NCBI GenBank assembly: GCA_045595285.1
Contig: JAZOAC010000027.1
Coordinates: 601-64,600, forward strand
Reading direction: 5' to 3'
Source of the DNA: Kiritimatiellia bacterium
Lineage (GTDB): Bacteria; Verrucomicrobiota; Kiritimatiellia; RFP12; UBA1067
DNA: 64,000 nt
Shown here piece by piece: positions 49,069-59,219 of this stretch (the stretch's first letter is position 1; every line of letters begins with the position of its first letter). A program made the translations under genes and the position numbers. Under the pieces are notes generated by a model. It worked only from the letters and a program-made list of their open reading frames with translations. It made no database searches and was not told the origin of the DNA.

Positions 49069-49233
49069 AGGACGTCCGGCGACCTTGATATTTTGTTGCG
49101 ACCGTCTGGGAGTCGTCTCCGGGAACAAGGCCGCGGACAGGCTCGCGAAGAGCGGCTTTGGCGCCGCCAGGTTGTTCCGTCAACGGCGGCATGTTGAACT
49201 GGGCCGGGATGCCACGCAGTTTTTTTTTGAGCG

Positions 49234-51465
49234 TCATTCGCGGTAGATGCGCTTAAAGTCCACTCCCTCGGCGGCCAGTGCGAAAACGGCTGACGGCAGC
49301 GAGGCCGTGTCTTCGCGCAGCTGGCGGAAATAGTCTGCATAAGTTTCAGGCGGCGCATCCTTTTGCGGAGCTCGCAATCCGATGAAAGTGTACTTCGCAT
49401 CGACGGAGACTTCTGCTATGACTTTTGTCGGCGATTTGGCCGGATCGTGCGGCAGGACATGGACATCGGCCTCGACGCGCGATGAAAGCAGAAAATCGTC
49501 GAGAATCTTTCTGGTGTCGGTCACGCTGACGCCGGTTTCGGCTATCTGGCAGAGGCGTATGCGTGTTTTCCGCACGGCCGATTGAACGATAAGACTTGCG
49601 AGCGACAGCATGAACGGGCCGTTCTGATTCTGGCCGCGCCACCATACATCAATGCGGTCAACGGCGGATTTTCCATCGGACGGCTCCGTCTGCAGCCTTT
49701 CACGGACAAACACCGCGCTTCTGCGGCGCTCGGCGATAAAGGATGCAAGGGCGCTTATGGATATCAGCCGGGGCTCTTTCATCGGTACGCCCACCAGAAC
49801 CGTGTCCGGGACGAAAGGGCCGAACCCGTACGCGTGAACCAACGTGTACATCGTTGCGAATGGATCGTCTGACGCAAGAACGCGGACAAATGCGTCAAGA
49901 CGCTTCTTTGCCGCCGCCGATCTCAGGATCTCGCTCAACTCTTCAATGCGCCCCGGCAATCCCGCGGCCTTGGGGACGATTGAGGCCAGTGTCACCATGC
50001 CCCGTCCGCCGGAAATGGCCCGTGAGAGATCTATGACATCGGAAGACTTAACCGGCAGTTCGGTAAAGGCGAGAACATCCGGACGCCAATTTCTGAGGTC
50101 GTGTTTCATCCCGTCGAGTTTGAACATTGCGGCTCTGGCGAGCGCGACCCAGAGTCCGGTGCGCATATCGCCCCAGCGAGCGGTCAATGCGCGGCGTTTT
50201 ACAATCCAGAAAATGAACGTCTCCATCCCCAGTGCGACAAAGGTCCATCCCGGGCTGATCATGAACATCGCAATGACGCAGAGAATGAAGCCGAGGAAGG
50301 AGAACGGAGCCTTGACCTTGAATGTCGGACGCCAGGATGGATTGCCCATTGCGCTTTCAAGCGCCGCGGAAAGGTTCAGGAGCGCGTAGGTCGAAAGATT
50401 GAACATCGTCAGCACGGGGGCGATGGCGTTTATGTCGCCTAGCCAAAGGCAGACCGCCGCGATGCCGAAGCAGCAGAAAGAGCCGAATCGCGGGTTGTCC
50501 GTTTTTCCCCAGCCGCGGGCGAAAGCGCGCGGGAGAATCCGGTCGCGCGCCAGCGCCTGGAATACGCGCGGTGCGCAGAGGAAGCTGCCAACCGCGCTTG
50601 AAAGCGTCGCCGCCCACACGCCGAGCAGGATAGGGAATGTCCACTTTGCGCACTTGGTGAAGATCATGGTGTCGGTCCTGAGAATCGCGCTGTCGGAGAC
50701 GTAGATTGAAAGGAATATGGGTATGGACATGTAAATCGCGTAGCCTGTAAGAACAGCCGCTATTGTCCCCAAGGGAATGGAGCGCGCAGGATTTTTCAGG
50801 TCGCCCGACATTCCCACTCCGGAGAGAATCCCCGTAACCGCCGGGAAGAATACCGCGAATACGGGCCAGAAGCCGAGCGGGGCGGGAAGATTTTCAGGTG
50901 ATGCCGCCGTGAGGGAGCTTGGCGCGGAACCCATGAAAAACGAGACCAGAGAAAACGCTATCGCTCCCATGATGAAATATTGTGATTTCAGCGCGATATC
51001 GGCCGAAACGGTTGAGACGACAGCGAGTATCAGAAGCGTCGCAAAGCCGACGAGGCGGGGATCCCACGTTCCGACGTGCGGGAGAGAGGAGTTTACCAGC
51101 GCTTCGGAAAAACCGGCGATATAGAATGAAACGCCTATGGCTTGGGCGAGGGCGAGCGGCAGCCCCATCGCCGCGCCCGCTTCAACTCCGAACGAGCGTG
51201 AGAGCATAAAGTATGCGCCTCCGCCTTTCATGCGCATGTTTGTGGCGAGCGCCGAAATCGAAAGGCCTGTAAGAAACGTAATTAAGCTTCCGACGGTTAC
51301 GATTATGAGTGAAGTCGTGAGCCCTACATTGCCCAGCATCCAGCCGAATCTAAGGTACATGACGACACCGATGATCGTCAGGATGCTCGGGGTATATACT
51401 CCCTGAAAGGTTCCGAAACCATAACCTCTGTTTTCCACGTTCTTTTTCATAGGGCCAAGTATCAT
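49234..51465 (-). CDS. SLC12-like cation:chloride cotransporter / APC-superfamily permease with C-terminal cytoplasmic domain
   Basis: The N-terminus GTFQGVYTPSILTIIGVVMYLRFGWMLGNVGL matches the SLC12 signature. There are 12 TM segments plus a ~300-aa C-terminal domain. Confidence 0.8.
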   Translation of the reverse strand: MILGPMKKNVENRGYGFGTFQGVYTPSILTIIGVVMYLRFGWMLGNVGLTTSLIIVTVGSLITFLTGLSISALATNMRMKGGGAYFMLSRSFGVEAGAAMGLPLALAQAIGVSFYIAGFSEALVNSSLPHVGTWDPRLVGFATLLILAVVSTVSADIALKSQYFIMGAIAFSLVSFFMGSAPSSLTAASPENLPAPLGFWPVFAVFFPAVTGILSGVGMSGDLKNPARSIPLGTIAAVLTGYAIYMSIPIFLSIYVSDSAILRTDTMIFTKCAKWTFPILLGVWAATLSSAVGSFLCAPRVFQALARDRILPRAFARGWGKTDNPRFGSFCCFGIAAVCLWLGDINAIAPVLTMFNLSTYALLNLSAALESAMGNPSWRPTFKVKAPFSFLGFILCVIAMFMISPGWTFVALGMETFIFWIVKRRALTARWGDMRTGLWVALARAAMFKLDGMKHDLRNWRPDVLAFTELPVKSSDVIDLSRAISGGRGMVTLASIVPKAAGLPGRIEELSEILRSAAAKKRLDAFVRVLASDDPFATMYTLVHAYGFGPFVPDTVLVGVPMKEPRLISISALASFIAERRRSAVFVRERLQTEPSDGKSAVDRIDVWWRGQNQNGPFMLSLASLIVQSAVRKTRIRLCQIAETGVSVTDTRKILDDFLLSSRVEADVHVLPHDPAKSPTKVIAEVSVDAKYTFIGLRAPQKDAPPETYADYFRQLREDTASLPSAVFALAAEGVDFKRIYRE

Positions 51466-51537
51466 ATCAAATTTTTTTGATAGTTATGCAATATTTCATG
51501 GCTTCGTGAAACGCTGGATGTCTAGCCGGATTTGATA

Positions 51538-51546
51538 TGGTATAAT
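51538..51546 (+). promoter_or_regulatory. Extended -10 element TGGTATAAT upstream of the parvulin gene, in a divergent intergenic region
   Basis: Seen at 51538-51546 (tttgataTGGTATAATctgcgg), ~70 bp upstream of the ATG at 51614. Confidence 0.3.
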
Positions 51547-51613
51547 CTGCGGAAAAAAAAACAGTACGGAGAAGCGTGCGGGTTGCCGCCGCAGTGCCGT
51601 TTTAGACAAAGGA

Positions 51614-52381
51614 ATGAAGATGAAGAAACTTTTCGTTAATGGTGAGGAGATTCCGGAGACGGTGATTCAGTCCGCGGTGGAACAGATGCTGAACTTCTAC
51701 GCCATGCAGGGCGTGCCGCAGGAGGCCCTGAAGGAGCATATGGAAGAGCTGGTGTCGACGGCTCACGAGCAGGTAATCGGAGCCAAGATACTTGATGACG
51801 CCGCCAAGAGCGCCGGCAAGACACGTGAGGAGCTCATCGCCAAGGCGACTGAGGACGTTGCAGCTCCAACGGATGAGGATTGCGAGAAGTACTATAATGA
51901 GAACCGCGAGGCGTTCAAGGCGCCGCCGCAGGTTCGGGCAAGCCACATCCTCGTCAAGACCGATGGCGACGACGAGGAGACGAAGGCAAAGGCACGCGCG
52001 AAGATCGATTCAATCCGTGCTAGTGTGACGAGCGAGATCAATGTGGAGAAGGCTTTTGCGGACGCTGCGCGCGAGAACTCCGATTGTCCGTCCGGGCGCG
52101 AAGGCGGCGATCTCGGATGGTTCGGTCCCGGGCAGATGGTCCCTGAGTTCGACAAGGCCGCTTTCGAGATGAAGGTGGACGAGATTTCGAATGTGGTGGA
52201 GACGCAGTTTGGTTTTCACATTCTGCGCAAGACCGGCGAAAAGCCCGGCTGCGAGAGGTCGTTTGACGAAGTGAAGGATTCTCTCAGGGCGTCGCTCATG
52301 CGTGAGATGCAGAACGCGGCTTTCGGACGATTCATGGGTGAACTGCGCGCATCGGCGAAAATCGAGTTCCGCGACGAGTGA
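51614..52381 (+). CDS. PpiC-type (parvulin) peptidyl-prolyl cis-trans isomerase
   Basis: ASHILVK, GGDLGWFGPGQMVPEFDKAAF and FGFHIL are present. Confidence 0.8.
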   Translation: MKMKKLFVNGEEIPETVIQSAVEQMLNFYAMQGVPQEALKEHMEELVSTAHEQVIGAKILDDAAKSAGKTREELIAKATEDVAAPTDEDCEKYYNENREAFKAPPQVRASHILVKTDGDDEETKAKARAKIDSIRASVTSEINVEKAFADAARENSDCPSGREGGDLGWFGPGQMVPEFDKAAFEMKVDEISNVVETQFGFHILRKTGEKPGCERSFDEVKDSLRASLMREMQNAAFGRFMGELRASAKIEFRDE

Positions 52382-52416
52382 CAGGTGTTGTCCTGCGGCC
52401 TTGCGCAAGCCGGCCG

Positions 52417-53346
52417 CTATCGCATTCCGGCGTATATCGCTATTGCGTAGAGCGTGCCGAAGACGGTGTATATCCCGCCTGAGGCACGCTCGAGCCTTAT
52501 CCATTTGGGGGTTTCTGGACATTCGAGATATGTGCGCGTGGCGGTGGCAAGGGTCCGTCGGGTGAGCGGAAGCGCCATGAACGGGAGCAGGAAGATCCTG
52601 CCGTACTGGGCAATCAGCATTCCGCATACGGCATACGGAAGCAGATGGCATATCCAGTACAGGACCAGCGCATTTCTCGGACCAAATGCAGATGCGACGG
52701 TTCTTATTCCGGCAAGCCTGTCGGTGGGAATGTCGCGCATGTCGTTTCCGTGCATGATGATGCACACGAGCGACGCCAACGGAAGCGACAGCAGCGCCGC
52801 AAGCGGCGTGACATGCGTCAATGCGTCGGCCGGACGCAGTATGCATATCGCCACGAACATCTCCAGCGGACCCATGAGAAACGCGACGAACGGAACGCCC
52901 AGCCCGAGATACTTGAATCTGATCCCGGTGGAATAGTTGGTTGAACCGAGGAGTCCGATGAACCCAGCGGCGAGGAGCGGTATTGACATGCGCCATTCTC
53001 CGTCGTCACGGTAGAGGCACAGCGCCAGACCCAGCGCAGCGGCGACCGCGGCGCAGAAGAGCGCCACCGCAAGAAGCATGCGCATTGAAATGATGCCTTC
53101 CTGGACCTGTGGGGTTGTACGGATCGCTCCCGGCACCCTGTCCACCCCGGAGCGTTCATCGCCCCACGAGTTTAGCAGGTTCACCGTTGACTGGAAGAAG
53201 ATGCCGGAGATGAGCCCTATCCACCACCTCGCGATGCCGTGGGTGGGGGGCGCCATCGCCAATGCCACGATAAAAGGTATCAGCGTCGCCGTGTAGCTCC
53301 AGGGCCTGAAAACGAAAAACCAGGCTTTTGTCTTTTTCTTATCCAT
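52417..53346 (-). CDS. menA: UbiA-family prenyltransferase, MenA-like (1,4-dihydroxy-2-naphthoate polyprenyltransferase)
   Basis: Asp-rich motif NSWGDERSGVD is present. There are 8-9 TM segments. The start is set at the ATG at 53346 (the longer ORF to 53442 would overlap the next gene). Confidence 0.7.
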   Translation of the reverse strand: MDKKKTKAWFFVFRPWSYTATLIPFIVALAMAPPTHGIARWWIGLISGIFFQSTVNLLNSWGDERSGVDRVPGAIRTTPQVQEGIISMRMLLAVALFCAAVAAALGLALCLYRDDGEWRMSIPLLAAGFIGLLGSTNYSTGIRFKYLGLGVPFVAFLMGPLEMFVAICILRPADALTHVTPLAALLSLPLASLVCIIMHGNDMRDIPTDRLAGIRTVASAFGPRNALVLYWICHLLPYAVCGMLIAQYGRIFLLPFMALPLTRRTLATATRTYLECPETPKWIRLERASGGIYTVFGTLYAIAIYAGMR

Positions 53347-53377
53347 GGTCGAATAGTTGAAATGCGGCAAGCGTGGC

Positions 53378-54433
53378 TCAGTAGAGATTGATCCGTCTCT
53401 TTGCGTAGGCGGCGAGCGGACTCTTCCATTCCGATGGGTCATACGACGTGCCGCCCATCAGTTTTGCAAGCCATTCCTCGCGCGCGCCCTTCGCAATCTG
53501 CCTCGGCCAATGCCTGCGTATCGAGGCGAGAAGCGCCATGCCTGCGGTTACAGGGCGGTAGCGCCCGGGGGTTTCCACGGAAAGCAGTACGCCCGCGATC
53601 TTGCCCCATCTGTATTCGCGCATGGAAAGGCCGCATTTCTTGAGCTTGTCTTCGGTGTCGCGGATGAGTTTCCGGGGATCCATCCATTCCGCGCCAAGCA
53701 CACGGAACGCAAGATTGCCTCCGCGGTCGGTGTCAAGTGCCGGAAACGCCTCCGTGAACACCGTCACCGGATAGAGCACGGCGGCATCCCAGCTCTTGAT
53801 GCCGGGAGACGGCGGAAGGAAGCCCGGCCACGGTTCTTGCAATTTGTGGCTCCAGCCCTTCATTCTGATGACGGAGAGCTTTACTTTCGGAATGTCGATG
53901 GCCATGTAGTGAGCCTCTTCGCCGATAGTCATCCCGTGGCAGAGCGGAAGGTTGGCGGGGCATACGAAGCCCATGTGCTCGCCGTCGGGCATAGGACCGT
54001 CCACAATGCCGCCAAGTGGGATGGGCCTGTCCAGCACGATCACCTCGACTCCGTTTTCGGCGGCGGCCTCCATCACCAGCTTGAGCGTCGCAAGATACGT
54101 GTAGCAGCGTATGCCTATGTCCTGAAGGTCGATGACTATCCGTTCAAGACCCCTGAGCATTCTCGGGGTCGGTTTGCGGGCGTCTCCATAGAGCGAGAAT
54201 ACCGGTATCTTCCATCTTGGATGCCGCGCGTCACTCGTCCTTTCTCCGGGCGCGGCAAGACCGAAATATCCGTGTTCAGCTGAAAACACCGCCTTGAACG
54301 CGTGGGGAAGGCTCTCGTGAAGCATCTCACCCAGCGGAGATGTCTGCTGAGAGAGGATGCCGAACGGCCTTCCGGTTTTGAGCTTCGTCAGGAGAGACCT
54401 GTAGTCTACGGAAAAACATTTCATATAGGCCAT
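53378..54433 (-). CDS. DUF1343 family protein (NamZ-like exo-beta-N-acetylmuramidase family)
   Basis: The ~350-aa protein has the YzbB/DUF1343-type N-terminus (GILSQQTSP..). Also FRGPVSIP-like internal blocks. Confidence 0.7.
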   Translation of the reverse strand: MAYMKCFSVDYRSLLTKLKTGRPFGILSQQTSPLGEMLHESLPHAFKAVFSAEHGYFGLAAPGERTSDARHPRWKIPVFSLYGDARKPTPRMLRGLERIVIDLQDIGIRCYTYLATLKLVMEAAAENGVEVIVLDRPIPLGGIVDGPMPDGEHMGFVCPANLPLCHGMTIGEEAHYMAIDIPKVKLSVIRMKGWSHKLQEPWPGFLPPSPGIKSWDAAVLYPVTVFTEAFPALDTDRGGNLAFRVLGAEWMDPRKLIRDTEDKLKKCGLSMREYRWGKIAGVLLSVETPGRYRPVTAGMALLASIRRHWPRQIAKGAREEWLAKLMGGTSYDPSEWKSPLAAYAKRRINLY

Positions 54434-54523
54434 TATATCATAACTTTGTTTTTGTGGTACAATGGGCGGCGTTTGCGTTTTGACCGCCGTTGGCCAAGCC
54501 GTGCGGCGAATACGGAGATTGAA

Positions 54524-55612
54524 ATGGCGGCAGTGAGATATAGAATGGGCCTGGCGGTGTCAGGAGGTGCGGATTCGGTGGCGCTTTTGGTGCTGATGGC
54601 GGAGCTTCGCATGAAGCATGGCTTCGAGGCGGTGGTCCTGCATTTCGACCATGGGATCCGCAGCGATTCATCGGAGGACGCGGAGTTTGTGCGCCGTCTT
54701 GCCGAGCGCTTCGGACTTCAGTTCCGTATGTCTCGTGTGAAGGTTGTTCGCAGGAAGGGCGAGTCCATCGAGATGGCGGCGCGGCGCGAAAGGCTTGCGT
54801 TCTTCGGGGCATGCATGAAGAGCCTCCGTCTCGACTGCATCGCCACCGGACATCACATGGATGATGTCGCGGAGACTTTTCTCATGCGGCTCAAGCGCGC
54901 GTCCGGCGCGGATGGTCTTGCCGGACTGAAGCCTGTGAGTTTCGTGGATGGGATAGTGTTCGTGCGACCTCTGCTGAACGTGCGCGGCGGCGAACTTCGC
55001 TCGTTTCTGAAGTCGCGTGGAATCGCCTGGCGTGAAGACTCCACAAACAGTGACACCGCGATACTCCGCAATAAGGTGCGGCATGTAATCTTGCCGTTCC
55101 TAGAACGGGAGCTTGATCCGAAGATTGTGGAGCATATCTGCCGGAGCGCAGGCTATCTCAGGGAAATTGCCGAGGGCGCGGGAAGATTCCAGGCGGCAGA
55201 GGTTTACGGTGTGCCGTCTCCGGATCTGGCGGAACCAAGGGCGGATGCGTTGCCGGAGAATTTCACTCTAGAAGTGGAGGAGACTGTTGGATATGAGATC
55301 CCACCGATTGAGATCGGACTGCTTCCGGCGAGCGGATGGTTTGACGCGACGGTGCTGAAGGGCCGTACGATTGAGGTGCGAAAATGGCGTGACGGTGACT
55401 GGATGAAGCCTTGCGGTTTCCCGCATCGCAGAAAGCTCCAGGATATCTTCGTGACTGCCAAGACTCCGCCATCCGTACGTCGCTCCCTGCCGATAGTCGT
55501 CGATGTCGAAACTGGGGAGGTGCTTTGGATACCTGGATACCGGGTGTCCGACTCGGTCAAGGTTCCGTCCAAGACCGCACCGTCACTCAGATTCCGTCTG
55601 CAACGAACCTAG
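54524..55612 (+). CDS. tilS: tRNA(Ile)-lysidine synthetase
   Basis: PP-loop motif LAVSGGADSVAL is present. Start is the ATG at 54524 within a longer upstream-extended ORF. Confidence 0.85.
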   Translation: MAAVRYRMGLAVSGGADSVALLVLMAELRMKHGFEAVVLHFDHGIRSDSSEDAEFVRRLAERFGLQFRMSRVKVVRRKGESIEMAARRERLAFFGACMKSLRLDCIATGHHMDDVAETFLMRLKRASGADGLAGLKPVSFVDGIVFVRPLLNVRGGELRSFLKSRGIAWREDSTNSDTAILRNKVRHVILPFLERELDPKIVEHICRSAGYLREIAEGAGRFQAAEVYGVPSPDLAEPRADALPENFTLEVEETVGYEIPPIEIGLLPASGWFDATVLKGRTIEVRKWRDGDWMKPCGFPHRRKLQDIFVTAKTPPSVRRSLPIVVDVETGEVLWIPGYRVSDSVKVPSKTAPSLRFRLQRT

Positions 55613-55755
55613 ATATTCAGCATGAGGTGTACTACATCTGAAAAGTGCTCTAGTATCATGGATTTTGTCGCCAAATTGGCCAAGACCTCATTTTTTGCGA
55701 AAACTGCTTGCGTTCGAGATGCTGTTTTGATAGAATGTGCCGCGTTTTTTGATTA

Positions 55756-55846
<91 letters not shown>

Positions 55847-55876
55847 CATGGCGAACGTTGAGCGAAAGGATCATGA

Positions 55877-56341
55877 ATGATGCGTTCCGGTCTTGAATCC
55901 CTTAAGTTTCTCGGTGCGGGTTCGTCGGTGCCGTCAGGCTATTCCCCTAGAGTTCTCGAGGCGTTTCCCAATGTGCATCCCGATCGCGACTATTGGGTCA
56001 CGTTCACATGTCCTGAGTTCACCACTCTCTGTCCCAAGACGGGGCAGCCGGACTTTGCCACGCTCACGATACGCTACATTCCCGCGAAGACGCTTGTGGA
56101 GTCCAAGTCCCTCAAGCTGTACCTTTTCGGTTTCCGCAACCATGGAGATTTCCATGAGGATGTGGTGAACATCATCTACAACGATCTTGTTGCGCTGCTC
56201 AAGCCGAAATACATGGAGGTCATCGGAAAGTTCGCGCCGCGGGGCGGAATCTCCATCGATCCTTTCGTGAACGGCGGCATCGGGGCAAAGTACCGCAAGT
56301 TGGCCGAGTGCCGTTTCGCCGCCTGGAACGGCGTGCGCTGA
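55877..56341 (+). CDS. queF: NADPH-dependent 7-cyano-7-deazaguanine reductase (unimodular type)
   Basis: Catalytic Cys motif [18 protein letters not shown] and [21 protein letters not shown] are present. Length 154 aa. Confidence 0.9.
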   Translation: MMRSGLESLKFLGAGSSVPSGYSPRVLEAFPNVHPDRDYWVTFTCPEFTTLCPKTGQPDFATLTIRYIPAKTLVESKSLKLYLFGFRNHGDFHEDVVNIIYNDLVALLKPKYMEVIGKFAPRGGISIDPFVNGGIGAKYRKLAECRFAAWNGVR

Positions 56342-56360
56342 CAGAGCCTCATCCCCGCCC

Positions 56361-57677
56361 ATGAGGCCTGTTAGAGATACGATACCTGTAAACCTGATAT
56401 GCGACGGGCGTCCGGCGCTCATCGTCGGGTATGGCAGGGTTGGTCAGCGGAAACATAAGTTTCTCCTGTCGTGCGGCGTATCCGTGAGGGTAATAGCGCC
56501 TGATGCGGCTTCAATGAAGGAGGGGACAGACCCTGCCGGATACCTGAAGCGCAGGTTCAGGGCGGGGGACTGCAAAGGGGCGCTTGTGGTGTTCGCATGC
56601 ACCGACGACAAGCATGTTAACCGGGCGGTCCTTGAAGACGCCCGGCGGCACAATGTTCCCTGCTGCTGCGCGGACCAGAACTGGGCGGATGCCGATTTCA
56701 CGACGCCGGCGGTGGCGCGTGGCGCGGGTGTCACGGTCGCCGTCTCCACCAGCGGCGCGTCTTGCGCGAGCGCAAAGGAGCTGAGGCGCTCCCTTGAATC
56801 CTTCCTGGACGGACGCGAGTCCGGCAAGGTCGTCGTGATCGGCACAAGCGACGGGTACACATCCTCCGACAGGTTGGCGGCGTTTCACCTTTCACCGGAT
56901 GCCAGGAAGGAGATGGTCCGTTTCCTTTACGGCATCAAGGGGGTTGAAGGCCTTGTCGTCCTCAATACGTGCAGCCGCGTGGAGGTCGCGCTGTATGGAA
57001 GCGTGGATATGGAACTGGTGAAGAGGCTTATGCATTTCCACCGCCTCGGCGAGAGCGAATATTTCATCCTTGAGGGTGCGGATGCTTTCAGGCATGTTGT
57101 GATGGTGACCGCAGGGCTCAAGTCTGCATGGGCGGGTGAGTTTCACGTCGTCAGTCAGGTGAAGGACGCCCTTGTGGAGTCGCTTGAGTGCGGGATGCTC
57201 GACGGCAGGCTGAAGGGATTCTTTGACAGTGCTCTGCGCACCGCCAAGAAAGTGCGCAGGGCCGTGTCGGGGATGTTGGAGGTCAAGGAGATAGAGGCTA
57301 CGGCCGTGGATTATCTGTCGTCAAGGATCGATCTCGCCACTGCCCGCGTTGTGGTGCTCGGTTCCGGCAGGATCGGTTCTGCGGTCGCTGGAATGCTCAA
57401 GGGCTGCAACGTGAAGATTGTGCACCATGGTGAAAGGATTCCGCGTTGCGACGCGCTCGTGTGCGCGCTGTCGACGCAGGATCCGGTTGTGACGCGTCCC
57501 CGGAAGGAGTGTGTGGTGGTTGATCTCGGGATGCCGCCGAACTGTGCGCCCGCATCGGGTGCGGTTTCCCTCGACGAACTCAAGAACTGGCGCCGTTCCC
57601 AGACGGGGGCGATCGATGCGGCGATGTCTCGAGCCGAATCCATCATTGCATCGGAGCTTGAGTGCCTGCGCCTGTAG
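56361..57677 (+). CDS. hemA: Fusion protein: precorrin-2 dehydrogenase/sirohydrochlorin ferrochelatase-like N-domain (SirC/CysG-N) + glutamyl-tRNA reductase (HemA)
   Basis: aa 1-150 carry ALIVGYGRVGQRKHKFLLSCGVSVRVIAP and VAVSTSGASCASA (the CysG N-terminal Rossmann domain). aa ~170-438 carry VVLNTCSRVEVALYG (the HemA active-site TCNR-like motif) and VVVLGSGRIGSAVAGML (the NADPH site). The HemA dimerisation tail appears short. Confidence 0.75.
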   Translation: MRPVRDTIPVNLICDGRPALIVGYGRVGQRKHKFLLSCGVSVRVIAPDAASMKEGTDPAGYLKRRFRAGDCKGALVVFACTDDKHVNRAVLEDARRHNVPCCCADQNWADADFTTPAVARGAGVTVAVSTSGASCASAKELRRSLESFLDGRESGKVVVIGTSDGYTSSDRLAAFHLSPDARKEMVRFLYGIKGVEGLVVLNTCSRVEVALYGSVDMELVKRLMHFHRLGESEYFILEGADAFRHVVMVTAGLKSAWAGEFHVVSQVKDALVESLECGMLDGRLKGFFDSALRTAKKVRRAVSGMLEVKEIEATAVDYLSSRIDLATARVVVLGSGRIGSAVAGMLKGCNVKIVHHGERIPRCDALVCALSTQDPVVTRPRKECVVVDLGMPPNCAPASGAVSLDELKNWRRSQTGAIDAAMSRAESIIASELECLRL

Positions 57678-57690
57678 GATCGGAAAGGAT

Positions 57691-58983
57691 ATGGATATGA
57701 ACGAAAGCAATTCAGCTTGGTATGAGAGGGCCAAGGCTGTTACGCCCGGCGGCGTCAATTCCCCTGTGAGGGCATTCAACGGAGTTGGCGGCGTTCCGCT
57801 TGTGGTGAAGGGCGGCAAGGGCGCAAAGGTCTTTTCCTCCGACGGACGCGAGCTTACGGACTATTGCTGCAGCTGGGGTGCGATGATTCTTGGACACGCC
57901 GACGATGAGGTGACTGAGTCCATAGCGTCTCAGGCGGCGAAGGGCACGACTTTCGGCATCGTCACGGAGAATGAGGTGCTTTTCGCCGAGCGTCTCTGCG
58001 CGCTTGTTCCGGGGATGGACAAGGTGCGCGCCGTCAATTCCGGCACGGAGGCCGTCATGAGCGCCCTGCGTCTTGCGCGTGGAGTCACGGGACGCGACCT
58101 TCTCGTCAAGTTCGACGGATGCTACCATGGGCATTCTGACTCCATGCTCGTCAAGTCTGGCAGCGGGGTGCTCACGGCGGGGAATGACAGTTCTGCGTCG
58201 TCAGCGGGCGTGCCGGCCGATTTTGCCCGTCACACGGTATCCCTGCCGTACAATGATTTTGACGCAGCACGTGAGTTTTTCGCGATGCGAGGCAGGGAGG
58301 TCGCGGCAGTGATCGTCGAGCCTGCTGCCGGGAACATGGGGCTCGTTACGCCAAAAGAGGGCTTTCTGGCCGAACTTCGCGAGCTGACCCGTGCGTCAGG
58401 TTCGCTTCTCATCTGCGACGAGGTCATAAACGGCTTTCGTTTCGGTCTTTCCACATATTCGTCGCTGCACGCCGGAATAGAGCCGGATCTTGTAACGCTC
58501 GGCAAGGTCATTGGCGGCGGTTTGCCGTTGGCGGCGGTTGGCGGCAAGGCAATGTACATGGATTGCTTCGCCCCTGAAGGGTCTGTCTATCAGGCAGGGA
58601 CGCTCGCAGGCAATCCGCTTGCCGTTGCGGCGGGACTGAAGACGCTTGAGATTCTTGAGCGCGACAATCCATATGCCGGCATGTCCGATAGGTGTGCCAG
58701 GATAGCCGATGGCGTCAATGCCATCGCCGAGGTGAAGGGACTGCCTGTGCGTGCCGCGAGTTTCGGAGGTGTTTTCACGATTTTCTGTTCGGCGGATCCG
58801 GTTCGGGATCTTGCCGGCGCAATGCGTTGCGACACCGCGCTTTACGCGAAGATATTCCATGGTCTGTACGATCGCGGAATATACATCGCACCGTCCCAGT
58901 TCGAGTGCAATTTCGTCTCTGCTTCACACACAGATTCCAATGTGGATTCCTTCGTTTCCGCATTCGCCGGGATATTTCGCTGA
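57691..58983 (+). CDS. hemL: Glutamate-1-semialdehyde 2,1-aminomutase
   Basis: The N-terminus is AVTPGGVNSPVRAF. The PLP-lysine region LVTLGKVIGGGLPLAAVGG is present. Start is the ATG at 57691. Confidence 0.9.
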   Translation: MDMNESNSAWYERAKAVTPGGVNSPVRAFNGVGGVPLVVKGGKGAKVFSSDGRELTDYCCSWGAMILGHADDEVTESIASQAAKGTTFGIVTENEVLFAERLCALVPGMDKVRAVNSGTEAVMSALRLARGVTGRDLLVKFDGCYHGHSDSMLVKSGSGVLTAGNDSSASSAGVPADFARHTVSLPYNDFDAAREFFAMRGREVAAVIVEPAAGNMGLVTPKEGFLAELRELTRASGSLLICDEVINGFRFGLSTYSSLHAGIEPDLVTLGKVIGGGLPLAAVGGKAMYMDCFAPEGSVYQAGTLAGNPLAVAAGLKTLEILERDNPYAGMSDRCARIADGVNAIAEVKGLPVRAASFGGVFTIFCSADPVRDLAGAMRCDTALYAKIFHGLYDRGIYIAPSQFECNFVSASHTDSNVDSFVSAFAGIFR

Positions 58984-59219
58984 AACCCGCCTCATGCCGG
59001 AATCTCCGTCCCCGAAATGCGACTGAGCTGTATGTCGGGTGTCCCGTTCCATTTTGCACGGGACGCCCGGAGTGGCGACATGGCTTTCGTTGCGCATGAG
59101 CCGTCGCCCCCTCTTGCGATGAGGCAGATTCAATGCATCCAGACCTAACGACAAAGTAAATGTTTAAGGTTCGAAAATATTTTTCATTTTCGATGAACAA
59201 TATGGTAGAATAGGCGACC

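Noticed and set aside
54302-54523. Upstream extension of tilS to 54302, and similar long 5' extensions of hemL (57511), the mtaD-like gene (46005), the cupin gene (61522) and the MFS gene (43678)
   Set aside because: The extensions overlap the 3' ends of upstream genes and encode Arg-rich low-complexity sequence. Internal ATGs with a plausible RBS give canonical protein N-termini (SGGADS for TilS, AVTPGGVNSPVRAF for HemL).
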